Both the position numbers and the translations under genes were made by a program. A stretch of DNA of 64,000 nt, from assembly GCA_965249485.1 (NCBI GenBank), contig OZ252239.1, positions 2,176,001 to 2,240,000 on the forward strand. The letters are read 5' to 3'. Positions 1 through 9,094 of the stretch are shown here, one piece after another. The stretch is from a bacterium. Its GTDB lineage: Bacteria; SM23-31. The notes under the pieces were generated by a model. It did not search any database. It was not told the origin of the DNA and was given only the letters and a program-made list of their open reading frames with translations. Within the stretch, counting starts at the first letter, position 1. Each line of letters starts with the position of its first letter.

Positions 1-2
1 GC

Positions 3-920
3 GAGGGAGCGTCGCTAGCACGCTATGCTGTGGAGAACCTCAATTTATCTACGTTTGCTATTATGAGTCCTATTGGTGGAAGTGAAGAGGATCTTGTTGA
101 AAGTTTTGCAATTGAAGTTGAGAAATTAGGAGGTGATATACTTGCGCATGAATGGTATTATCCAGGGAATCTTGACTTTAATGCTCAGTTCAGCCAGATT
201 AGAAAAATCGGATATGATTTTATGATGACCGATTCATTGAGCACCTACATTTCAGAATCAATTGTCGATTCGACAACGATCGTAGAAGACAGCTTATCTC
301 TGAATGATATAGACTCCTTAACAACACGCTACTTTGACAGCCTTTCGATTTCAACACTCGATTCAATATGGAATCTCTATCTCGACACTCTTGCAACAAG
401 AAGAAGAGAAGCTGGAATTCGCTATTTTGATACACTTGATTATCCTGTTACTACGTTTGATGCAATATTCATCCCAGTTGAATCGAAAGATGATATTGAA
501 TTTATTATCAATCAGTATGCATATTACAATTTTGATACTATATTGCTGGGCAACAGCCACTGGTACGATCCCGTAATTCTTAATAGGTTAGGAAATAATG
601 TAGGCACGGTCTATATAACGTCTGATTATTTTATCGATGATTATTATACTCCCTGGATTACATTTCGTGATATCTATCGGAATGTTATCGGTTCATCACC
701 AAGTGTTGACGAACTATATGGGTATGAATCTACATTATTTGTTTTAGCAGGTGTTCAGAACGTACCGACCCGCCAACGACTAATCGACGAACTTGAGCAA
801 TTGAACATTCTTCCGGAATCGGTACGCGGTTACTTTGAAATAGATGAATCGCATCAAAAGAGTAATTGGCATATAATTCGTTACAGAAGAGGCCAATTTT
901 TACTCCAAAATAGACCATAA
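3..920 (+). CDS. LppC/LpoA-like or periplasmic binding protein (PBP type 1 fold) family protein, 5'-truncated by the window edge
   Basis: Frame is open from position 3 (EGASLARYAVENL...). Motifs 'ESFAIEVEKLGGDILAHEWY', 'FDAIFIP', 'LLGNSHW' and 'LYGYES' resemble PBP1/LppC-type proteins. Confidence 0.6.
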   Translation, partial: EGASLARYAVENLNLSTFAIMSPIGGSEEDLVESFAIEVEKLGGDILAHEWYYPGNLDFNAQFSQIRKIGYDFMMTDSLSTYISESIVDSTTIVEDSLSLNDIDSLTTRYFDSLSISTLDSIWNLYLDTLATRRREAGIRYFDTLDYPVTTFDAIFIPVESKDDIEFIINQYAYYNFDTILLGNSHWYDPVILNRLGNNVGTVYITSDYFIDDYYTPWITFRDIYRNVIGSSPSVDELYGYESTLFVLAGVQNVPTRQRLIDELEQLNILPESVRGYFEIDESHQKSNWHIIRYRRGQFLLQNRP

Positions 921-945
921 GTATTTCCAGAAAGGTACTATATCT

Positions 946-1851
946 ATGGAACAAAATTCTGTAGAAAATCTCTCTCTTACAATTGTTCAAAAATATGAAG
1001 AGTTGCAATCGATCCTCCGTGAAATGGGGGGTATGGTAATCGGTTTTTCCGGTGGTGTGGACAGTACATTTCTCCTGAAAGTCGCTACCGATATCCTGGG
1101 AGATAAAGCGCTTGGTGTCATTGGTTCTTCGTATTCTTTGCCGCAGCGTGAGCTTCAGGATGCTCAGAAGCTTGCCAGCAAGATGAGTGCGCACATCAGG
1201 ATAATTCAAACACACGAGAAAGAAGATGACAATTTTGTCAATAATCCTCTGAATAGGTGTTTTTTTTGCAGATCTGAACTCTTTAATAAAATCACAGAAA
1301 TTGCAGAAAAAGAAGACTATCCTTTTATAGCAGATGGAACCAATCTTGACGACCTGCTTGATTATCGTCCAGGCTCGGCTGCTCAGAAAAAATATTCTGT
1401 ACGAAGTCCGCTTCGTGAGGCAGGTTTAACAAAAAATGAAATCCGTTTACTTTCAAAAGAGATGGGCCTCGAGACGCACGACAAACCGGCATATGCATGT
1501 TTGGCATCACGTATTCCATATGGTTCAAAAATAACTGAGGAAAAATTAACCATGGTTGAGCAGGCAGAAAACGTTTTGCTCGATATTGGACTCAGAAATA
1601 TGCGTGTGCGTCATCACGATGAAACTGCTCGTATTGAACTGAATACAGACGATTTTCAACTGATTCTCGATCCAGAGATACGTTCGTTAATCCTGACAAA
1701 ATTTAAAGAGATTGGATATATCTATATAACCCTTGATCTTGCAGGATTTCGTTCAGGAAGTCTGAATGAAACTCATCTTAAGAAAAATCAAAATCCATTA
1801 CAGAATGAGTATCGAGCAAATACTTCCAATAAAAATTCTCACAGTATTTAA
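946..1851 (+). CDS. larE: ATP-dependent sulfur transferase LarE (TIGR00268-like PP-loop protein)
   Basis: PP-loop SGGVDS, RCFFC, DGTNLDD..DYRPG, ACLASRIPYG, RVRHH and GFRSGSLN motifs. Confidence 0.9.
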   Translation: MEQNSVENLSLTIVQKYEELQSILREMGGMVIGFSGGVDSTFLLKVATDILGDKALGVIGSSYSLPQRELQDAQKLASKMSAHIRIIQTHEKEDDNFVNNPLNRCFFCRSELFNKITEIAEKEDYPFIADGTNLDDLLDYRPGSAAQKKYSVRSPLREAGLTKNEIRLLSKEMGLETHDKPAYACLASRIPYGSKITEEKLTMVEQAENVLLDIGLRNMRVRHHDETARIELNTDDFQLILDPEIRSLILTKFKEIGYIYITLDLAGFRSGSLNETHLKKNQNPLQNEYRANTSNKNSHSI

Positions 1852-1930
1852 AGTTTATAAAACGCTTGATGACTCAGCATTGTAACAAACTTTTTCTAAT
1901 CATCAATTCTTCTATCAATCGAGCTCTTGT

Positions 1931-2671
1931 ATGATTCCTGATCAAACTGAAGCAAAACTAATTCATTATCCTCTTTTATCCCAGTTCTCAGAGATATCCG
2001 TATTTACGACTACCCGTATTCGAGAAGCGAGTTCGACTCTGTTATCAGAAGAAAGTATTAGAACTGTACTGGAAAATGGTAATGAAGAAAAATTCTGGTA
2101 TAATATTACAGGAACCCCGGAAAACTGTATCGCTAAGGCAAACCAAATTCATGGCAACACAGTACTTTTTGCTAACGATGGTGGTCATCAGGGTGATGGT
2201 GATGCTTTGATTTCGAATATTCCACAGATATTTCTCAGAATTGTTACAGCCGATTGTCTTCCGGTTTTCATGTACGATCCCGAGAGTAAAACCGTTGCAC
2301 TTGTTCATGCAGGATGGAGAGGTTTAAAAAAGGAAATTATTAACCGGACTATCGAATATTTGGGTACCAAAGCAGGTGTGAATCCGGAGAATCTTTTTGT
2401 TTCAATCGGCCCCTTTATTCAGGAGTGCTGCTATACAGTAAGAGATGATGTGTATTCCGAATTTCCACGACAATTCAGCACGAAATTGCTTAATGGTTAT
2501 TACAATCTCAGACTTGGTGAAATTGCTCTTGCACAGCTCAGTGGTGTTCCGTCTTCTCAAGTTGAGATTACTTCTCAATGTACTTCTTGCAGTGACGATA
2601 CATTTTACAGCGCTCGGAAAGAAAAAGGGAATACCGGTAGAAATATTAATATTATCGGTATATTAAAATGA
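1931..2671 (+). CDS. pgeF: Peptidoglycan editing factor PgeF / YfiH-LACC1 family
   Basis: QIHG, DALI, TADCLPV, HAGWRG, IGPFI..CCY and CTSC...FYS.R motifs. Confidence 0.9.
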   Translation: MIPDQTEAKLIHYPLLSQFSEISVFTTTRIREASSTLLSEESIRTVLENGNEEKFWYNITGTPENCIAKANQIHGNTVLFANDGGHQGDGDALISNIPQIFLRIVTADCLPVFMYDPESKTVALVHAGWRGLKKEIINRTIEYLGTKAGVNPENLFVSIGPFIQECCYTVRDDVYSEFPRQFSTKLLNGYYNLRLGEIALAQLSGVPSSQVEITSQCTSCSDDTFYSARKEKGNTGRNINIIGILK

Positions 2672-2815
2672 ACTGAAATACGATATTAGACAAGCAGTTC
2701 AATTCTATTGTAATCTGCTTGATTATAGATGAATACATCTGTATTATATAAAACAATTTTTTTATTTCATTCATATTCAAATGTTTTCTCTATGGTTTAG
2801 CCATACTGTGTCTGA

Positions 2816-3652
2816 ATGGTGAACGGATTGAGTGATAATTTTATTTATAGTTTACTACTTGGAGTTTTGCAGGGAATTACCGAGTTTCTGCCAATAAGCA
2901 GCTCAGGTCATCTGCTGCTGGCAAAATATCTGTTCGGAATTCAGGATATGCCACTCTTGTACGACGTGTTTTTCCATTTCGCTACCGTACTTGCCGTGTG
3001 CACTCTTTACCGCAAAGATCTAACAAATATTGCTAAAGACTTGATTCAGTTTCTATTGCAAAATATTGGATTTCGCAGAAGTGAAACTGTCCAATCGGAT
3101 ATAAATTCCGGAACAAGACTATGTATATTGCTTATAATCGGAACACTTCCGGCGGCATTTGTAGGGGGGTTCTATGCAGATTATTTTAGAAATATCTTTA
3201 GCAATCCGAACGCTGCACTTATATATCTCATAATCACTGGAGTTGTTCTCATCTCAACAATTTGGGTGCCGCGTGGAAAGAAAATCTTAACTGTGCTTTC
3301 CTCACTGTTGATCGGTGTAGTGCAATCGTTTGCTCTGTTTCCGGGAATCTCTCGATCAGGCATCACCATTTCGGCCGGACTCTGGCTTGGAATTAAGCCT
3401 GAAGAAGCAGTGAAATATTCTTTCTTGTTATCGGTGCCGGTGATTCTCGGCGCAAATATTCTTGAATTTTCGAATGTGTCGATGCAAGTTCTGCAAAACC
3501 ACATTTGGTATCTCATTGCCGGTGGAATTACTGCATACATATCGGGATTGATAGCAATTGTACTTGTTCTAAAGGTTATTAAGATGGGCCGGTTTTTCTG
3601 GTTTGGTGTTTATTGTCTACTTGTCGGTACGACAGGACTACTGTTCATATAA
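2816..3652 (+). CDS. uppP: Undecaprenyl-diphosphatase (BacA/UppP)
   Basis: QGITEFLPISSSGH and PGISRSGITI signature motifs; multiple TM helices. Confidence 0.95.
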   Translation: MVNGLSDNFIYSLLLGVLQGITEFLPISSSGHLLLAKYLFGIQDMPLLYDVFFHFATVLAVCTLYRKDLTNIAKDLIQFLLQNIGFRRSETVQSDINSGTRLCILLIIGTLPAAFVGGFYADYFRNIFSNPNAALIYLIITGVVLISTIWVPRGKKILTVLSSLLIGVVQSFALFPGISRSGITISAGLWLGIKPEEAVKYSFLLSVPVILGANILEFSNVSMQVLQNHIWYLIAGGITAYISGLIAIVLVLKVIKMGRFFWFGVYCLLVGTTGLLFI

Positions 3653-3688
3653 CAAATCACCTGTTGTTTCATAACATATCAGAACATT

Positions 3689-5131
3689 ATGGCAGCCAAC
3701 GAGCTTTTTAAATCACGGTTAGGATTTCTCCTGACAGCACTCGGAATGGCAATTGGGACGGGGAATATTTGGAGATTTCCCCGTATCATTGCGCAAAATG
3801 GCGGGGGTTCATTTTTAATCCCCTGGCTGATATTTCTCTTTCTCTGGTCAATTCCGCTGCTGATTCTTGAGTTTAGCATGGGAAAGACTGCGAGAAAAGG
3901 TACCGTTGGTGCATTCGGAACAATAATGGGGAAGCAATACGGTTGGATGGGAGCATATGTCGGTTTTTGTACAATGGCAATCATGTTTTATTACTCCGTT
4001 GTTACGGGATGGTGTATTAAATATTTCTTAGCTTCGGTTTCTGGAACCATATTTCAGCAGGACAGCATTGCGTATTGGAACACGTTTCTTGGTTCTCAGT
4101 ATCAACCGCTGCTGTTCCATTTTTGTGCAATGCTAATCGGTTCATTTATCGTCTATAAAGGTGTAAGTGGTATTGAAAAAGCAAATAAATTTCTTATACC
4201 GTCTTTGTTTCTGCTGATCATAATTGCAGTAGTGCGGTCGCTCACGCTTCCCGGTGCTGTCGAAGGATTAAATTACCTGTTCACACCTTCTTTAGAGAAG
4301 CTCCTGAATTATCGGGTGTGGCTTGAGGCGTTGACACAATCTGCATGGTCGACCGGAGCAGGATGGGGGTTGATTTTAACCTATGCAATTTATAGCAAGC
4401 GGAATGAGGACATTGTGCTCAATTCAAGTATTATAGGGCTTGGCAACAACAGCGTGTCATTGCTTGCGGCTATTGCAATCATCCCTGTTGTTTTCGCTTT
4501 CAGGCCCGAAGAGGCGGCACAAATGATGCAGGAGCACGGCCCCGCAAGTACCGGTTTGACATTTGTTTCGATTCCTCAGTTGTTTGCACAAATGGCAGGA
4601 GGCAGGATTTTTTTGTCGCTTTTTTTTCTTGCACTCTGTTTTGCGGCGATATCGTCACTTATATCGTTATTCGAGCTCGTTACTCGTGTGTTCATAGATC
4701 TCGGATTGACAAGAACAAAAGCAATCTTGCTTGTCGGTTCAGTTTCCTTTGTTCTCGGAACTCCCTCTGCCGTGAGCATGGCAATATTCGAAAATCAGGA
4801 TTGGGTCTGGGGTATTGGATTGATCGTTAGCGGATCTTTTATTGCAATTGCCGTGATGAAATACGGTGTGCGTCAATTCAGGGAAAACCTTATTAATCAT
4901 GCGGGGAATGATATCAAACTTGGGAAATTTTTTGATTATATTGTTTTTCTTATACCGGTTCAATTCGTAATATTAATATGGTGGTGGTTTTCGCAGGCAG
5001 GCGGATGGACTGAAATTTTCACTTCATATAGTGTCGGTACATGCTTGTTTCAGTGGGGTATTGCATTGATTTTGTTTGTAACTATTAATAAATGGCTAAT
5101 GCGGCGAACTTTGGGAGATAATCCATCATGA
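3689..5131 (+). CDS. Sodium-dependent transporter, neurotransmitter:sodium symporter (NSS/SNF) family
   Basis: FKSRLGF...GMAIGTGNIWRFP, NGGGSFLIP and GIEKANK motifs; strongly polytopic. Confidence 0.93.
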   Translation: MAANELFKSRLGFLLTALGMAIGTGNIWRFPRIIAQNGGGSFLIPWLIFLFLWSIPLLILEFSMGKTARKGTVGAFGTIMGKQYGWMGAYVGFCTMAIMFYYSVVTGWCIKYFLASVSGTIFQQDSIAYWNTFLGSQYQPLLFHFCAMLIGSFIVYKGVSGIEKANKFLIPSLFLLIIIAVVRSLTLPGAVEGLNYLFTPSLEKLLNYRVWLEALTQSAWSTGAGWGLILTYAIYSKRNEDIVLNSSIIGLGNNSVSLLAAIAIIPVVFAFRPEEAAQMMQEHGPASTGLTFVSIPQLFAQMAGGRIFLSLFFLALCFAAISSLISLFELVTRVFIDLGLTRTKAILLVGSVSFVLGTPSAVSMAIFENQDWVWGIGLIVSGSFIAIAVMKYGVRQFRENLINHAGNDIKLGKFFDYIVFLIPVQFVILIWWWFSQAGGWTEIFTSYSVGTCLFQWGIALILFVTINKWLMRRTLGDNPS

Positions 5132-5262
5132 ATCCATCAGCAATTTCAATGCTCATTGTTATCGGAGGAATCGTATGGGGTGGATTCATTGTGCTCTTAC
5201 GCTATGCGATGAGACGCGAACAGGAAAAATCGAGTATGGACAAATCTAAATCAGATCTGTAA
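5128..5262 (+). CDS. MetS-family NSS transporter small subunit (44 aa; not in the ORF track)
   Basis: ATGA overlap with the NSS gene stop. MNPSAISMLIVIGGIVWGGFIVLLRYAMRREQEK... is a single TM helix with the IVWGG motif typical of MetS-like subunits. Confidence 0.75.
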   Translation: MNPSAISMLIVIGGIVWGGFIVLLRYAMRREQEKSSMDKSKSDL

Positions 5263-5282
5263 TAATTATGCGATGATCAAGC

Positions 5283-6296
5283 ATGGGTAAATTGAACAAA
5301 ATTTTTGAAAAATTTGAGACTATCAAGCGATTGCCGCTTCAAATTGTATATTGTGTTACGGGAGAAGAGGAATATTTACGTGATTCTGCTATAAAGAATA
5401 TCGTCGAAAAGGCAAAATTATCCGGAGAAAGTGAAAGTACACTATTACGGTTTTTTGGTGATGAACTCGACCACGATGAATTGAATGTTCAATTGACGTC
5501 ATACTCGCTTTTTTCAGAATCGAAAACAATTATAATAAAGAATGCAGCCAAAATGAAGTCAACCTGCTGGGAGATTATCGGAAAATTTGTTGAAAATCCC
5601 ACGGAAAACACAACTCTTGTGCTGGATGATGACAAATTTGATAAAAGAAATGCAGCAGTTCATTCAGTATGCAAAACGGCTTATACTCTTGAATTTCCGG
5701 CATTATACGACGATCAGCTGCTTGAGTGGTTGCACTCGTATGCAAAACGGCTGCAGCTTGAATTGACAGAAGAAGCTGCTGTCGCACTTAGAGAGTCGTG
5801 TGAGCCGAAAATGCGGCACCTCATGAACGAACTGGATAAGATTAAACTCTTTTCTGGTGATAAAACTAAATTGTCTGCCGATGATATTATTAATATTGTC
5901 CAAACGAACCGTGGATTTAATATTTTCGATTTTACTCATGCACTATTTGGACGTAACAACTCAAAAAAGGTTGAGTATTTACAAAAAATATTTTTATTTA
6001 ATGAAAGCGCACCGGGCATAATTGTGATGATTGCCCGTCATGTCACAATATTATTGAAAATTAAATTGTATAGTAGTTTAGGACTTGACAGGGGAAATCT
6101 GGAGAAAGTAATTGGTCTAAGACGCTGGTTTCTCAATCAGTATTTCGAACAGGCAAAAAGACTGACTATAGATTCTCTGAAACTTCTGCTTGACATTGTT
6201 TTGGAGGCAGATACGAACTTGAAAACCGGACGTTTCAACGAAAAAATGGTTTTGACTCTCCTGGTTTTCAGAATACAGGTTCAGCTGAAAAATTGA
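5283..6296 (+). CDS. holA: DNA polymerase III subunit delta
   Basis: VYCVTGEEEYL, SLFS, NELDKI and EADTNLKTG; 337 aa. Confidence 0.9.
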   Translation: MGKLNKIFEKFETIKRLPLQIVYCVTGEEEYLRDSAIKNIVEKAKLSGESESTLLRFFGDELDHDELNVQLTSYSLFSESKTIIIKNAAKMKSTCWEIIGKFVENPTENTTLVLDDDKFDKRNAAVHSVCKTAYTLEFPALYDDQLLEWLHSYAKRLQLELTEEAAVALRESCEPKMRHLMNELDKIKLFSGDKTKLSADDIINIVQTNRGFNIFDFTHALFGRNNSKKVEYLQKIFLFNESAPGIIVMIARHVTILLKIKLYSSLGLDRGNLEKVIGLRRWFLNQYFEQAKRLTIDSLKLLLDIVLEADTNLKTGRFNEKMVLTLLVFRIQVQLKN

Positions 6297-6335
6297 AGAG
6301 AGAAATAGATTAATTATTTTTCGCGGAATTGCGGA

Positions 6336-6989
6336 TTGAGTGATTCACTAATGATGCAGCGAAAGAATAGCCACAATAAATTAAAACATATGTCACCGGA
6401 AAGCAAAAAGAAAAATATTCTGTCTGATGAGGATTTGATTGGTAACTTTCAGGCAGGTGATGTAAGTGCGTTTGAAGAAATTGTCAGACGATACAAAGAC
6501 CAACTTGTCAATTTCGCATACCGGTTTCTTGGTGATTTGGAAGAAGCGGAAGATATCGCACAGGAAACTTTTTTGAGGGTGTTCCGCAAGAGAAATGCGT
6601 ATAGAAATGTTGCAAAATTTTCAACATGGATTTATACGATTACTGGAAATTTAGCGAAAACGGAACTTCGGCGCAGGAAACGTCGTAAACTAATATCATT
6701 AAGCAGCCTCGGTTTTGAGGATAAAGATTTTGATCTCAAAGATACGAAAAAAGGCCCCGAAGAAAGTGTTCATGATTTAATTAAAGATGAGTTTATTCAA
6801 CGTGCAATTAATTCGCTTCCCGATAAGTTCAGAGAGGTAATAATTTTTCGGGATATACAGGAACTTTCCTACGAAGAGATTAGTTCAATCGTAAAAATCC
6901 CACTTGGAACCGTAAAATCGCGGGTCAATAGAGGTCGTTTAAAACTCCAAGAAATACTATCTGATTATCTGGATGAAATGAAAGAGTAA
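6336..6989 (+). CDS. ECF RNA polymerase sigma-70 factor (RpoE/SigW-like); true start may be downstream
   Basis: Region 2 'AEDIAQETFLRV...FSTWIYTI' and region 4 'LSYEEIS..VKIPLGTVKSRVNRGR'. Confidence 0.92.
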   Translation: MSDSLMMQRKNSHNKLKHMSPESKKKNILSDEDLIGNFQAGDVSAFEEIVRRYKDQLVNFAYRFLGDLEEAEDIAQETFLRVFRKRNAYRNVAKFSTWIYTITGNLAKTELRRRKRRKLISLSSLGFEDKDFDLKDTKKGPEESVHDLIKDEFIQRAINSLPDKFREVIIFRDIQELSYEEISSIVKIPLGTVKSRVNRGRLKLQEILSDYLDEMKE

Positions 6990-6996
6990 AGCGCCT

Positions 6997-7602
6997 ATGA
7001 TAAATTGTGATGACTTTTCAAAACAGCTTTCCGACTTTTTTGATGGCGAACTTCCTAAGGAACGTTCCCGGATGCTGAATCTACATGTGTCTGCATGTTC
7101 TGCTTGCGCGAAGAAACTTGCCCATACTCATGCTCTGTCAAAATTCATGAAACATCTGAAAAAGGTGACAACTACTGAGCAGTTTGAAGAGCAACTTCAC
7201 AAACGTTTGCAGAGTGAAATAGATTATCAAGTTCAGTCCGGCACAGATCGGGCAGTACGTACCCTTACGTCAATACAATTACGGCACGTTGTAGCAACAT
7301 TTGCAGCTGCCGCTGCAATTGTATTCGCTGTTATAACGTTTGACTCGTATCTAAGCAGCGACGATGCCACCCAGGTTGTTGTGTCACCCCGGATAGAAAT
7401 ACCACCCTTACCTGGATCTGCACAGAAAAATGTAATTCAGTACTCACCCTATGCAGGTTTGCCAATTGATAGTAGAATTACTACAATGCCAGACAGTGCA
7501 ATTGAGAGACTTTCCAGCCCAGATCTTGAACGGTCTTTTCCTTACATTGCATTGCAGTCAATACGGAATCAAATACTGCAAGTCAAAGACCATCAGCGGT
7601 AA
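6997..7602 (+). CDS. Zinc-finger (zf-HC2/ZAS) transmembrane anti-sigma factor
   Basis: N-terminal C...HxxxCxxC (HVSACSAC) and one TM helix; immediately follows the ECF sigma gene. Confidence 0.85.
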   Translation: MINCDDFSKQLSDFFDGELPKERSRMLNLHVSACSACAKKLAHTHALSKFMKHLKKVTTTEQFEEQLHKRLQSEIDYQVQSGTDRAVRTLTSIQLRHVVATFAAAAAIVFAVITFDSYLSSDDATQVVVSPRIEIPPLPGSAQKNVIQYSPYAGLPIDSRITTMPDSAIERLSSPDLERSFPYIALQSIRNQILQVKDHQR

Positions 7603-8324
7603 CTATTGCCGTATACATCTCAAATCTTGCCATATAATTCTTCATGATTGTAGATGTTGTGTAACAGTCCTACAAATATTATATATAAATTAATATGTCT
7701 TCATGGTCGTTCTGAACCTGTTTCGGAACCTATGCTGCTTCCCAGATGCTTTGACGAATAATAATTACTGTTCACGTATGTAATAATAAGATTGACTTCT
7801 CTATTTTTTGATTACAAACCATTAATTTAAAATCATTTTTAGATTTACTTAATCAGAGGTTGCTATTTCCCTATTACGCAGGATTCGCAATAACATCTTT
7901 ACACACATCAACAAAAGGCGATACATCTATTGATTAGCTTATTTGTATTGTATTGTTTTCATGTTTTTATATTTAGTGAGTGGATAATTTTATGATTTCT
8001 CCTTTTCGTCTCGGTATTTCACCGGGATTCCAGTCGAAATAACAACCTGAATCATTATAGAATATCGAATCTTTACGTTCTTTCCAAGGGTCCCGAAACT
8101 TCCGGACGATTTCGCAATCTCTGCTTTCCATACTCGCTCATAGTATTAATTATGTCATTTCCGAGCTCATTTCAGAATCTCAATACAATATTAGTAAAAC
8201 CTTATTGACTAATAACATAATGCTTTACTCTTATCTTTTACTTGAAAAACATGTTGTAACGTTTTATATTGTAATCAATTGTAAAGAATTTCTTATATTG
8301 ATCATATTGATAAGCATATTATAA

Positions 8325-8361
8325 ATGTAACATATCGATTCAATGTATCGATATGTTGCAT
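8325..8361. promoter_or_regulatory. Inverted repeat, candidate enhancer (UAS) for a sigma54 activator
   Basis: ATGTAACATATCGAT-N7-ATCGATATGTTGCAT (14/15 arm match), about 130-170 bp upstream of the -24/-12 element. Confidence 0.55.
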
Positions 8362-8492
8362 AAGTTTTGGATCGTTATGTAACATGTTGTTCGCAGTATG
8401 GTTTGGAGTGTGTGATTTGTATGTCTCCAAAAAATAGTGTATGAACTTTTTTTGGCTATAAAAATGAGAGAATAAAGGCAGTATCAAATTTT

Positions 8493-8508
8493 TGGCACGG
8501 CTATTGCT
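8493..8508 (+). promoter_or_regulatory. Sigma54 (RpoN) -24/-12 promoter of the major pilin
   Basis: TGGCACG-GCTA-TTGCT matches the TGGCACG-N4-TTGCW consensus exactly; about 44 bp upstream of the pilin ATG, with a GGAGGT RBS between. Confidence 0.9.
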
Positions 8509-8551
8509 CTATAACAGTGTGAGAAAGCAATAAAATACATCTGGAGGTGTT

Positions 8552-9001
8552 ATGAATTTGAAAATAAACTCAAAAGGCTTCACCCTTATCGAACTGGTTA
8601 TGGTGATAGTTATATTGGGTATCCTTGCAACGGCAGTTGTTCCTAAATTTTCCGATTTTACAGATCAGGCACATAGTGCTGCTGTTGACGGTGTTGTCGG
8701 CGGTGTCAGATCGGGAATTGGTATTTTTCAAGCTACTGCTCTTATCAGTCCTGCTTCTGTTGGAGGTGGCGCGAGTAATATCACAGCGACCACCAATTTC
8801 CCCATAGCCCTAGATAATGAGGCGAGTACCACAGGTAATTTATTTAATTATGTTCTGAGTGTGCCCATTACTGAAGACTGGTCAAAGGATGCAGGAGTGC
8901 AAACTGGCGGTTCCACAAAAAGATATAACTATACTTCACAGACGCCTGACACTTCATTTGAGTATAGCAATACATTAGGTACCATAGTACCAGTTCCTTA
9001 A
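8552..9001 (+). CDS. Type IV major pilin (MshA/PilA-like)
   Basis: Class III signal KG|FTLIELVMVIVILGILA..VVPKF; own sigma54 promoter, strong RBS and downstream terminator. Confidence 0.88.
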   Translation: MNLKINSKGFTLIELVMVIVILGILATAVVPKFSDFTDQAHSAAVDGVVGGVRSGIGIFQATALISPASVGGGASNITATTNFPIALDNEASTTGNLFNYVLSVPITEDWSKDAGVQTGGSTKRYNYTSQTPDTSFEYSNTLGTIVPVP

Positions 9002-9041
9002 TATATCTGTTTCGGTTTAAAGTAATTTTGAAATACTCAAT

Positions 9042-9090
9042 AAGAAGCATTTATATATTAAGGAAATAAATAATATAAATGCTTCTTTTT
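9042..9090 (+). terminator. Stem-loop / intrinsic terminator after the major pilin
   Basis: 15-bp arms AAGAAGCATTTATAT ... ATATAAATGCTTCTT followed by a T run. Confidence 0.7.
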
Positions 9091-9094
9091 ATAT

